A stretch of DNA of 64,000 bases, taken from Myxococcota bacterium. GTDB lineage: Bacteria; Myxococcota_A; UBA796; GCA-2862545. Below are positions 19,394-28,705 of the stretch, piece by piece. The stretch covers positions 1 through 64,000 of the forward strand of contig JBCCQY010000018.1 of NCBI GenBank assembly GCA_039208735.1. Reading direction: 5' to 3'. The notes beneath the pieces are model-generated. The model worked only from the letters and a program-made list of their open reading frames with translations, was not told the origin of the DNA and did not search any database. Within the stretch, counting starts at the first letter, position 1. The number at the start of each line of letters is the position of its first letter. The position numbers were made by a program, and so were the translations under genes.

Positions 19394-19857
19394 CAGGTAT
19401 CCTTCCTTGGCCTGTCGGTGCCTGAGATGGCCGTCACCGCGAGTCCGCTCAATGCTCCCACTCCCGCGGCTGCGATGCCAGCAAGGGAGGCAACCACTCC
19501 CGCAGCTGATCCCATCACGGCCAAGGAGATCGCCGCAACAAGGGCCACCAGCGAGACAATTGGCAACGTCGAGACGGCAGCGCGGATGACGTTTGACCGG
19601 GCATCTACCAGAGGCGCCTTCCGCGGTTGTGGCTCATCCACGGGTTGCGAAGGGCGCCGCATCGCGTTGATCTTGCGCAGTAGCGCACGGTACTCATCGC
19701 GTGAGATTTCGACCGTGCCCGAAAGCGATTCGGGTCCGGCGTCAGACTCACCTTGATTGGTCTTTTGGTCGAGCCGCACGAGCCCTCCTTGGTTGGGCAG
19801 CGAGGATTCATGAACGGTGGTGGCGATCAAGCCTTCCGAAGTGGAAACCGCTTTCAT
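19393..19857 (-). CDS. Hypothetical membrane protein
   Basis: VEISRDEYRALL motif followed by two Ala/Gly-rich hydrophobic segments. Start is uncertain; the ORF is open to 19971. Confidence 0.6.
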   Translation of the reverse strand: MKAVSTSEGLIATTVHESSLPNQGGLVRLDQKTNQGESDAGPESLSGTVEISRDEYRALLRKINAMRRPSQPVDEPQPRKAPLVDARSNVIRAAVSTLPIVSLVALVAAISLAVMGSAAGVVASLAGIAAAGVGALSGLAVTAISGTDRPRKDT

Positions 19858-20094
19858 CCGGCGACTAACATTCGAGGACGCAAACATCACGATGGTGTTC
19901 AAGTGGGGGTGTGAAAAGCAAGACGGCGACTCGCCGGGGGGCTTTCGCCCCACGGACTGCCTCCGATTCATGACGCACAGACTCCCAGAAATCCGCTACA
20001 GAAACGCATCTTCGCAGGCAAGCCGCTGCGAAGCGCGTGACTTAGCCACCAAGGCTACTGAGCACAGCGATGCGGATGCGCGCTGTGGGGTCTT

Positions 20095-22773
20095 ATGCCT
20101 GCTTATCAATCACCAAACGATGCCTTTGTCGGACGCGAAGCTGAACTTCAGGCCCTTGATGAGGCGGTGGAGTTGCAAACTCGACTGGTCGCGATCGTTG
20201 GGATGGGAGGCATCGGCAAGACACGACTCGTCTACGAATCCCTGCGAACCAGCGTGAATGTTCGAGTGGTAGAACTTGCCGCTTGTGCAACAGAGGAGGG
20301 ACTGCTGGCTGCGGTAGCGGCGGTTCTGAATCCACGCGGTTCGACAACAGGCTTCGATCTGGTGGCGACGATGGAGCGCCTCGGGACGTTCACCCTGGTG
20401 CTCGACGCCGTTGAGAGTGTCTTGGACCACCTGTTGTCGCCCCTCGAGCAATGGTTGCGGGACGCCCCCAATGTGCGGTTTGTACTGACATCGCGCCTGC
20501 CGATTCACATTCGTGGGAGCCACACCCTCCTTTTGGGGCCGTTGTTGCCTGACGACTCGTTCGAACTCCTCGTCCGTCGGGCAAAGGAAAGCGATATCCG
20601 GTTCGATCCCACCTCCCAAGCCGATGAACTCAGAGGCGTGGTCGCTCGCCTGGACGGCATTCCCCTCGCAATCGAGCTTGCATCTGCGCGTTTGCACGTG
20701 TTGTCGCCCCGACAGCTCTTGAAACGGCTTCATGACCGGCTTTCCATCCTTCGTACCGACCGCAGCGACGTGTCCCCTCGACACACCGGCCTAAGGGCCA
20801 CGCTGGACGATGCGTGGAACACCCTGAGTCCGACCGATCGCACATCGCTGTCGGCCTTGTCGATTTTCACTCATCCCTTCGAGGTGTCGGCAGCCACCAC
20901 CGTACTTGGACTCGAAGATGACGCCGCGCTCGATTGCATCCAGCGCTTGGTCGGCCGGGGATTTATCCACGTTTCGCCAAACGATCCGGAGCGCTATCTT
21001 CGAATGGTGGACGTGTTGCGCGAGTACGCCGCGCATGAGTTGCCGGAAGCTCGTAGTCTAGAGGTTCAGCGCCGTCATGCGCAGCACTACAGGGATCAGT
21101 TCGCGGAGCTTCTTACGGCGCGGGGCATGAATCAACTGCTTGCGCAGCGGCTCTCGTTCGACAATCTCGACCAAACGATACCCCACCTCGACGCAATGTT
21201 GGACCGACCGGGCCTCGATTCCGACCTACGCCGAGACGTAGGAATCGTGCTGGCCGCCCTGCTCATTACCCACAGACCGGTCACGAGCCTTCATCGTGCG
21301 CTTCAGGTTGCCCGAGAGGAGGCCATTCAGACGTCTCGACGCCGGCTTGCGATCGTGGTCTTCCTCGAATCCATCTCGAGGGACTTTTTGGACACGAACG
21401 TTGCAGAGCTCGACGATGTGATCGATGCCTTCCGGTTCATGGAAAGCATCGGCGATGAGCCAGGTTGGGCCGCACTATTGGCCGGAGACATTAGCGCAAG
21501 AGTACGGTTTTCAGACTTCGAATCTGCACTTCAATGGGCGGACACCGCCCAGGTTCATGCCGACGCCTCTGGGAATGCCGACATCAGGTTCTACGTCAAG
21601 AACCTTCAGGCGTCTTATCGCTTGTTCGAGCAGTCGCTGCCTGAATCGTATCGTATGCTGAGCAAGCTTCTCGACGATCCGTCGATGAGCCGCGATGCAG
21701 CGTTCAACTGGTTGATGAATCGCGCATGGTTGTTGTACGAGCTTGGCACACTCGATGAGGCGATCGCGGATATCGAACGCGCGTTGGACATCGGGTCAGA
21801 CCGGACCGAGCCCATCGCCCGCGTTGGTGCCTTGACCCGTGCCGCAATCCTCTACTTTGCCGCGGGTCGTCGAGAACTCGCCTACGCAAGCTTGGGGGAA
21901 GCCTGCTCCCTGGGCGACCGCTACGGCGTTCGAGATGATGGTGCCTACGGCCGAGTTCACGTTCGAGGACTATTCTCGCTGGCTGAAGGGCGAGATTCCG
22001 ACGCTGCGGCGGCCATGGAATTGAGCGAACCGGTGGGAACCCCTCGCTCGACCCGGGGGCTGGTGGCGCTGTTCTCGGGCGATTTGGGAGCTGCTCATGC
22101 CCATCTGAAGGCGGCCCTACAGACCGCACGGGCATCGACAGGTCAAGGTCTGCGTACGGCGTTCTACGCCATTGCGCTTGGGCGCCTTGGCCAATCACAA
22201 GAAGCTTTGCAAACGATGGAGCAAGCCTGGTCGCAAACCACGCGTTGGCAGAGTCGTCGCGTCGACGCCGTTCTCGATGTGCTGGACTTGGCGCTTACGC
22301 TCCATCAGGGTCGTCCAAACACCATCTCCGAGGCCTGGGCACGGCTCAATGCACAACAGCGTTCAACCGAACCCCAATTTCCGATGTTGTTGATCGCAAC
22401 TCGCCTTTTGCGAGCGGCACTAGAACACGTGGGTTCACCGATCGTCGTCCACGTGGGGCCTGATGTCGCATGGGTTCAAGTCAACGATGCTAAGCCGATG
22501 GAACTCACGCGCCGACCGGTCTGGCGATCCCTTCTGCATAGGCTCGTCGAGGAATATCGCGCGGCGCCCGGGAGACCGATTCCGGCCCAAACGATGTTGG
22601 ACGCAGCATGGCCTGCGGATCGCTCCCGACGGGAAACGCTTGAAAACCGACTGTGGTCGGCATTGTCGAAAATGCGGCGAGCAGGCTTGGGGGAGGTCAT
22701 TCGGCGTGTTGAAGGCGGGTATCTGATTCCTGAGGCGGTTCTCGTCTTCTCTCGTGAAACGCCACTGGGCTAA
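20095..22773 (+). CDS. STAND ATPase - TPR - C-terminal winged-HTH regulator
   Basis: FVGREAEL, GMGGIGKT, LVLDAVE and LDGIPLAIEL. Helical repeats. C-terminal LDAAWP...NRLWSALSKMRRAGL...GGYLI resembles an OmpR-type wHTH. Confidence 0.88.
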   Translation: MPAYQSPNDAFVGREAELQALDEAVELQTRLVAIVGMGGIGKTRLVYESLRTSVNVRVVELAACATEEGLLAAVAAVLNPRGSTTGFDLVATMERLGTFTLVLDAVESVLDHLLSPLEQWLRDAPNVRFVLTSRLPIHIRGSHTLLLGPLLPDDSFELLVRRAKESDIRFDPTSQADELRGVVARLDGIPLAIELASARLHVLSPRQLLKRLHDRLSILRTDRSDVSPRHTGLRATLDDAWNTLSPTDRTSLSALSIFTHPFEVSAATTVLGLEDDAALDCIQRLVGRGFIHVSPNDPERYLRMVDVLREYAAHELPEARSLEVQRRHAQHYRDQFAELLTARGMNQLLAQRLSFDNLDQTIPHLDAMLDRPGLDSDLRRDVGIVLAALLITHRPVTSLHRALQVAREEAIQTSRRRLAIVVFLESISRDFLDTNVAELDDVIDAFRFMESIGDEPGWAALLAGDISARVRFSDFESALQWADTAQVHADASGNADIRFYVKNLQASYRLFEQSLPESYRMLSKLLDDPSMSRDAAFNWLMNRAWLLYELGTLDEAIADIERALDIGSDRTEPIARVGALTRAAILYFAAGRRELAYASLGEACSLGDRYGVRDDGAYGRVHVRGLFSLAEGRDSDAAAAMELSEPVGTPRSTRGLVALFSGDLGAAHAHLKAALQTARASTGQGLRTAFYAIALGRLGQSQEALQTMEQAWSQTTRWQSRRVDAVLDVLDLALTLHQGRPNTISEAWARLNAQQRSTEPQFPMLLIATRLLRAALEHVGSPIVVHVGPDVAWVQVNDAKPMELTRRPVWRSLLHRLVEEYRAAPGRPIPAQTMLDAAWPADRSRRETLENRLWSALSKMRRAGLGEVIRRVEGGYLIPEAVLVFSRETPLG

Positions 22774-22775
22774 AG

Positions 22776-24545
22776 ATGGGACCAGGAGACGGAATTGAAA
22801 GGACACTCGTGATGGACGCCGCGTCTCCCCGAGGACCCGTCGCCGCCAATCCGACGGTGCGGAAGCTCGCTTCATCTCGCCAGAGATTCGCCGCATGCCT
22901 TAACGATGTGGCGCGTGCGATGTGCGCCGGGCGTCCTGAACGGACTCCCGTCCATCTCTCCGAGGTTCCCAGGAGGCTCGAGACGGAATTGGCAACGTTG
23001 ATTCGTTGGTTCCATCACGAGACGAGCACCCAGTATCCCGAGGCCAACTGGTCGGATTCTGATCTTGCGGCGGTTCGATCACGTGTCGTCGCTGCGTTTC
23101 GCTTGGTCGTAGGTGACACCTATCGTGTGTTGCGAGAAGAGACGTTTCGCACCCGATTGGACAAACTAGTGAACGAAGCGCGCTGGCCTGATGTCGCCAT
23201 CATCCTCGAACGCCAATTGGTGTTTGTATTCGATGATGTCCAACTGCACATCAGTGAGGGGTTTGCCGACCTCGATCAGCTTCTTCTACCCACCACAACA
23301 CGAGGCACGATGAGAACCGAGTGGGCTTCATCCGGCCTTGTCGAACGCTCCGTCACCATGAAGGCCACCGAACTTTCCGAGACGCCCATCATCATTGCCG
23401 ACCGTTACGTCGTCGACAGTGTGGTCGCTCGACGCCCTCATGCCACGGTGTATGAAGCTCATCGCGAGGACATCGGCCTGAAGGTCGCCATCAAGGTTCT
23501 CGTCGAGCAGCTGCACCTTCAGCAGTCCAAGAAATGGGCGCGATTCAGGCGTGAAGCCAAGCTGCTTGCCAGAGTGACCAGTCCTCACGTGGTCTCGCTC
23601 TACGATTATGGATTGCATCAGGACAACCTGTTCCTCGCCATGGAGTGGCTGCCCGGACGCACATTGTACGACATTGTACAGAATGAGGGGAGCCTCCCGA
23701 TCGGTCGTGCGATCGATCTCGTCGAGCAGCTCGTCACCGGGCTCGCGTCGATCCATAGCCAAGGCATCGTTCACCGTGACATCAAGCCGTCGAATGTCAT
23801 GGTTACGCGCGGACCAGATGGCGAAGAGCACCTCCAGATTTTCGACTTTGGGATTGGCAAAGATCTACTTGAACCTGGTTCGCTCACCAGCATGGGAACC
23901 CTGGTGGGGAGTCCTCGGTACCTCGCCCCCGAACAGGTCCAAGGTCTCGAAGTTGGCTCATGGACGGACCAGTATGCGGTTGGCGTGACCTTGTTTCACC
24001 TCCTGACGGGCGACTACCCTCATCCGTCCAAAACCATTCCCGAGATGCTCTTTGCGACGGTGCATCGAGCTCCTCGAGAACTCGGCGAGCTGCTGGATGC
24101 CTCCATCGACCAACACCGAGCCGCTGCGGATGTGATTCGGCGGTGCCTCCAGAAACGGCCGGAAGACCGATACCGTGACACATTGGAGCTTCGAGAAGCA
24201 CTTCGAGCGGTTCGACGACAGCCTCGGGAGCCCCTGCCGGCGTTCGTAAGGAGCGTTCCTGCGCGCCGACCGAGGTTCAACCCCAGCGTGACCCTGACCG
24301 TTAGAAGGTTGAGTGAGTTCGCCATTCCTACGCCGCTCACGATTCCTGCGGGCCCTCCGTTTCGCAGATGGAGGGCCTTGCCCGGCTTCTTGGCCGTTGT
24401 CGCCCCGGTCGCGACCGTGTCCATGGGGCTAACCATCATCGTGTTGGCAGACCGGGTGAACTCCATCGAGTTCATCGTCTTGCTTCAGTTGGTGAGAACC
24501 GTCACCCGAGGGGTGATTCCCCAGCTGGGTTTGATCATCGGGTGA
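22776..24545 (+). CDS. Ser/Thr protein kinase with an unknown N-terminal domain and C-terminal TM segment
   Basis: VAIK, RFRREA, HRDIKPSN, DFG, APE and DQYAVG. Hydrophobic C-terminus. Confidence 0.9.
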   Translation: MGPGDGIERTLVMDAASPRGPVAANPTVRKLASSRQRFAACLNDVARAMCAGRPERTPVHLSEVPRRLETELATLIRWFHHETSTQYPEANWSDSDLAAVRSRVVAAFRLVVGDTYRVLREETFRTRLDKLVNEARWPDVAIILERQLVFVFDDVQLHISEGFADLDQLLLPTTTRGTMRTEWASSGLVERSVTMKATELSETPIIIADRYVVDSVVARRPHATVYEAHREDIGLKVAIKVLVEQLHLQQSKKWARFRREAKLLARVTSPHVVSLYDYGLHQDNLFLAMEWLPGRTLYDIVQNEGSLPIGRAIDLVEQLVTGLASIHSQGIVHRDIKPSNVMVTRGPDGEEHLQIFDFGIGKDLLEPGSLTSMGTLVGSPRYLAPEQVQGLEVGSWTDQYAVGVTLFHLLTGDYPHPSKTIPEMLFATVHRAPRELGELLDASIDQHRAAADVIRRCLQKRPEDRYRDTLELREALRAVRRQPREPLPAFVRSVPARRPRFNPSVTLTVRRLSEFAIPTPLTIPAGPPFRRWRALPGFLAVVAPVATVSMGLTIIVLADRVNSIEFIVLLQLVRTVTRGVIPQLGLIIG

Positions 24546-24693
24546 CCTGAGGCGGTGGTGGCGCGGCCTTTCCGAGATGGAGGCTTATTCCTTGCCCGTT
24601 CTAGCGTGGTAAGGTCGCGCGTAGAGAAGCAAGGTCGACCAAGGTCCATGGAATCCCGCCCCGAGCTAGTCACACGGCCGGGCTGGAGGATCC

Positions 24694-26388
24694 GTGTCGC
24701 GCTTCGAGCTGGGACGAAGCAAATCTCCCCGCCGACTGACCGTCTCTGTAAGGCGCTCTGATCTACGTTTTCGCGCGTTCCATCGCGCCATGGTCCTTCG
24801 ATTCTCTAGGTCTGCAGAAGTGTTTGCCGATGAACCTCTACCCACAGCACCTCATACGCCACAGCCCCTCGTCGACGCACAGCGGTTCATCGGGCGAGAG
24901 TTGCCAAGACTCATGAAGGTCGTACTCGCGGAGGCGGCCCGGGAGTTTCCGGAACAGGTCACGAGTCGTTCCTTTAAACGGCTTCAAGAAGAACTCGAGC
25001 GGTGCGTCGAGAGCATCATGGTATCAGCCAGGTCCGTGCTTCTTCACCCTTCCCTCGCCGACGAGGTGGTTCAGTTGCGAAGGTCGGCGAGGCCTTTCAG
25101 CGAGATATCGACGCGCATTTCCGATGCCACGAGCGAGGTGGTGCAGCAGATCCAAGCCATGCTCGAGTCGTGGCAAACTTCGGTCGAACATGAGTTTGTA
25201 GAGGATGGCGCCGTTCCCACGGTCTTGATGTGGCGTGAAGGACGACCGTCGGTTTCGAGGATAGAACACGAATTTGCCTCTGTCTCGTTTCTCCCTGGCA
25301 TTCCCAGGGGTCAAGACGGAAGGGTCGGAACGGTCATCGGCGAACGGTACCGAATCAAGCGGCTTGTGGCACGAAGCACCCTCAGCACCGTGTACGAAGC
25401 ACGACACCTTCAGACCGGCGCGCCCGTAGCATTGAAGCTTCTCACCCATGACGCACGGAGTGCGGATGCCCTTCAGTCCGCATCGCGGTTCAAGCGAGAG
25501 GCCCGTTTGCTCGGGCGCCTCTCGACGCCTCGAGTGGTACGTGTGTTTGACTGTGGAGAAGACGCCTTGGGGTTGTACCTCGCCATGGAGTGGGTTCTTG
25601 GGCAAACCTTGCAATCGCGACTCTCTGCAAGCGGCCCACTTTCGATGTCTGAGGCGGTGGCGTTGGGGGTGCAGATCGCCCGAGGACTCGCCGAAGCCCA
25701 CGAACTCGGCATCATCCATCGTGACGTTAAACCATCCAACATCATGCTCCTCCCACGAAAGGACCAATTCGAGATCAAGCTGATCGATTTTGGTGTCGGG
25801 AAGGAAATCGCGGATACGGCCCAGCTGACGATTCAGAATGTGTTGGTCGGAAGCCCCCAGTTCATGGCGCCCGAACAGATTCGGGGTCGAGCGGTCGACG
25901 GACGCACCGACCAATATGCATTTGGCGTCACCCTGTTCAACCTTCTCACAGCCGAATTCCCGTTTCCTCAGATGCCATTCAACAGCATGCTGTTGGCCCA
26001 TCTCTCACGGACCCCTCGATCGCTTGTCGAGGCCCTTGGCGATTCAGACGATGCGACCGCCCGGTGTTCCCAGATCATCGCTCGTTGCATGGAAAAGGAA
26101 CCCGCCTCACGATTCCGAGATATGTCAGAGTTGATCGATGCCCTCGCCCGTGTTCCGAAATCTAGGTCTCATCACAGTACGGTGTCGCAACATGACCAAT
26201 GGTCCGGCGAGGGGGGCGCCTCACGAGCCTCACGAAGCAGGGCCTCGCAACGTAGACGACGGATGCGGCTGCTGTGGCGATGGTCGTTTCTGGTTGTTGT
26301 GGGTGGCTTGGCCTGGGCTTTGGGGGCAGGGCTCGTCATCATGGGTCTCTTCGCGGGCATGCGGATGCAACATGTTTTCGGTCAGTAG
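24694..26388 (+). CDS. Ser/Thr protein kinase with an unknown N-terminal domain and C-terminal TM segment
   Basis: VALK, RFKREA, HRDVKPSN, DFG, APE and DQYAFG. Arg-rich stretch, then a TM helix. Start is uncertain (GTG 24694 or ATG 24790). Confidence 0.9.
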   Translation: MSRFELGRSKSPRRLTVSVRRSDLRFRAFHRAMVLRFSRSAEVFADEPLPTAPHTPQPLVDAQRFIGRELPRLMKVVLAEAAREFPEQVTSRSFKRLQEELERCVESIMVSARSVLLHPSLADEVVQLRRSARPFSEISTRISDATSEVVQQIQAMLESWQTSVEHEFVEDGAVPTVLMWREGRPSVSRIEHEFASVSFLPGIPRGQDGRVGTVIGERYRIKRLVARSTLSTVYEARHLQTGAPVALKLLTHDARSADALQSASRFKREARLLGRLSTPRVVRVFDCGEDALGLYLAMEWVLGQTLQSRLSASGPLSMSEAVALGVQIARGLAEAHELGIIHRDVKPSNIMLLPRKDQFEIKLIDFGVGKEIADTAQLTIQNVLVGSPQFMAPEQIRGRAVDGRTDQYAFGVTLFNLLTAEFPFPQMPFNSMLLAHLSRTPRSLVEALGDSDDATARCSQIIARCMEKEPASRFRDMSELIDALARVPKSRSHHSTVSQHDQWSGEGGASRASRSRASQRRRRMRLLWRWSFLVVVGGLAWALGAGLVIMGLFAGMRMQHVFGQ

Positions 26389-26438
26389 TCCTCCGGGGTT
26401 TCCAGCGGAAGCCCCACTCCTGCTGGAAAGGAGCGATC

Positions 26439-28217
26439 ATGATTCTGTGGAGCCTGTGTGCCGTTGCGATGGGTGTGGACCTCGTTGTGGGACCATCCCC
26501 CATGGGAGTCTACGCGAGCGTGACCGATGCCCTCCGTGATGCAAACGATGGCGACCGTATCCTGCTTCTATCGGGAACCTACGTCGGTTCATTCGTCGTA
26601 GCGGACCTCGACGTCGTTATCGAGAGCGTCGAGCCTCGAGGCGCGATTCTGCAACCGGACGATGAGTTTGGCCATGTCGTGGAGGGGTCGGGGGCATTCG
26701 TGACCCTACGCGGCGTGGTCATTGACGGTCGGGGGACCTACCCTGGCTTTTGGGTCCAGAATCGAGGGCATCTCCAGCTCTCTCGCGTTGAAGTACGCGA
26801 TGTGAAACGAGCTTCATTTGTATTGGATGGAGCCGCTGTCGCCGTATCGGCGAATAGCTCGCTTTCAGTCGTTGACTCCGAATTCGAGTCCGGACATGCC
26901 GCCGATGATGGAGGATTCATCGCAATGCGAACGGATTCGGGCGCATTGACGGTGTCCCGCAGCCGGTTTCGCTTGGGCATAGCGGAACAAAACGGTGGGG
27001 CAATCTATTGTAATGGCAGTGCGGAATGTCGGATTTCGGAGTCCACATTCGAGTTCAACATTGCCGGGGTTGGTGACGAAGGTGGGGGAGGAGCCTTGTG
27101 GGTCGCGGGTACGCGAACCCGGGTCGAGCGCTCGCGTTTCTGTGACTCTGCAGCGCACCAGGGAGGCGCAACCTACGCCGTAAACAGTGAGGTCGAGATT
27201 ATTGCCACCCTCTTTGACGGGAATCGTGCAATTCTTCAGGGTGGAGGTTTGTTTGCAGGTCAAACGAACGGGCTCGCTACACAGGGAAACGCCGTGGTTC
27301 GGTCACTTGGCAACGTGTGGCGCGGCAATCTGGCGGATCGGGGAGGGGGCGGTTTCTTTCGCGGCGATGCAGACTGGATTGGACACGGCGACATCTATGC
27401 GAACAATGCGTCGTCGGTGCCCACTCCTTGGTCGGCCCTAGAGGCTGAGCCCTACAACAATGGGAATCCATCGGCGTTGCTGGACTGGAATCTACTTTTT
27501 GATTTCTCGGGTGGAACGCCGTCGACGCTTGAGGACGCGCCGCCATCAACCGTGGTTTCGAACCTGATTCTGGCAGATCCTCAGTTTCTCGGTGATGGTC
27601 CGTGTGATCCTCGTGCTGCCCAGTTTGCGGCCGGATCTCCAGCCATTGACGTCTACTCGGCGGCGCCCGACCCGAGGAATCCGCCTACGCTGGTCTATCC
27701 CGATGTTCTGTTGGTGGATCGAGATGGAACAGTGGCCGACCTTGGACTCTGGAGTACTCAAGTCGGGATGGCCGATGCGGATGAGGATGGGTTCATCGCG
27801 GGGATTGAAGATTGCGATGATGCAAATCCCAACATTCATCCGGGCGCTACCGAGACCGTCGCAAACGGGACCGACGAAGATTGTGATGGAGGAGATCTGT
27901 GCTTTGCAGACCCGGATGGGGATGGCGTCGGGAAGGTGGGGATGGTGCAAGCCAGCACCAACCTCTCGTGTGCCGAACCTGGTGAGGCGTCCGTCGCGGT
28001 CGGTGAGTCGGTTGGGCCTGACGATGAGCCTGCAACGCCCCCCGACTCCGTTGATGAAACCATGTCCCCTCAACCCGACGAAGCCATCGACGCACCAGCG
28101 TTCTGGTTTTGCCAAACCGCCCGACCGCCAGCAGGTTCGCTAGTGGGACTCGGGCTCTTGATGCTCACCGTTGGCCTTCGGCGCTACTCGCCTGCAGGCT
28201 CGCGAGGTGTCGAGTAG
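26439..28217 (+). CDS. Secreted beta-helix (polymorphic GGA repeat) surface protein with a putative metal-binding motif and MYXO-CTERM-like tail
   Basis: Signal peptide after an AAAGGAG RBS. GGAIY/GGALW/GGGLF repeats, DADEDG...DCDDANPNIHPGATE...DEDCDG, and a C-terminal FC...GLGLLMLTVGLRR. Confidence 0.85.
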   Translation: MILWSLCAVAMGVDLVVGPSPMGVYASVTDALRDANDGDRILLLSGTYVGSFVVADLDVVIESVEPRGAILQPDDEFGHVVEGSGAFVTLRGVVIDGRGTYPGFWVQNRGHLQLSRVEVRDVKRASFVLDGAAVAVSANSSLSVVDSEFESGHAADDGGFIAMRTDSGALTVSRSRFRLGIAEQNGGAIYCNGSAECRISESTFEFNIAGVGDEGGGGALWVAGTRTRVERSRFCDSAAHQGGATYAVNSEVEIIATLFDGNRAILQGGGLFAGQTNGLATQGNAVVRSLGNVWRGNLADRGGGGFFRGDADWIGHGDIYANNASSVPTPWSALEAEPYNNGNPSALLDWNLLFDFSGGTPSTLEDAPPSTVVSNLILADPQFLGDGPCDPRAAQFAAGSPAIDVYSAAPDPRNPPTLVYPDVLLVDRDGTVADLGLWSTQVGMADADEDGFIAGIEDCDDANPNIHPGATETVANGTDEDCDGGDLCFADPDGDGVGKVGMVQASTNLSCAEPGEASVAVGESVGPDDEPATPPDSVDETMSPQPDEAIDAPAFWFCQTARPPAGSLVGLGLLMLTVGLRRYSPAGSRGVE

Positions 28218-28567
28218 CGGGGACGGTGCACGGCGGCGTCGTGGCTCGGTGCCCAGGTTGGCGCTTCCAGTGATGCAGCACGATCAGGCGCAAGCTTTGC
28301 TTGCTCGAAATCAGAACAGCAGCAAGCAAAGCGTGCAGGCACTACGCGGTCAGCTTTCGTCGCTTCGCTCTTGCAAGCTGATCAGGCTGCAGGAGCCGCA
28401 GGCGACGAAGCCTGAAGCGCGTAGGGCTGCAGGAACAAATGAACAAATGTCCTGGCACCTTGGTTCTGTGACGAAGCCCAGCGCTGATCACCGCTGGCCT
28501 TCGGCGCTACGCGCCTGCAGGCACTACGCGGTCAGCTTTCGTCGCTTCGCTCCTGCAAGCTGATCAC
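28168..28567. repeat. Mosaic cluster of REP-like repeats (REPIN/BIME-like)
   Basis: Unit B at 28168 and 28491. Unit A at about 28344 and 28526, with an inverted copy at about 28381-28424. Unit C with a 12-bp stem (gctttgcttgct/agcaagcaaagc) at 28294-28332. Confidence 0.85.
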
Positions 28568-28705
28568 CGTCAGGGTTCTGCAAGGTGGACCCCCTAGGTT
28601 CCCTTAGCTGCCGCGAACGGTCCGGCAGCCCAGTCACGCTCTAGGGCGACTGGATCTTCCCGATCCACAACCGAACCCGAGATCGGCAAACGCAGAGGAG
28701 AGCGC

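Noticed and set aside
19934..19955. c-di-GMP-I riboswitch or group II intron fragment
   Set aside because: Only a single GAAA-capped stem is present. The other conserved elements and any reverse transcriptase are missing.
28168..28567. Possible CRISPR array
   Set aside because: The units are of different types, occur in both orientations, and have no constant repeat-spacer period. No cas genes are present.
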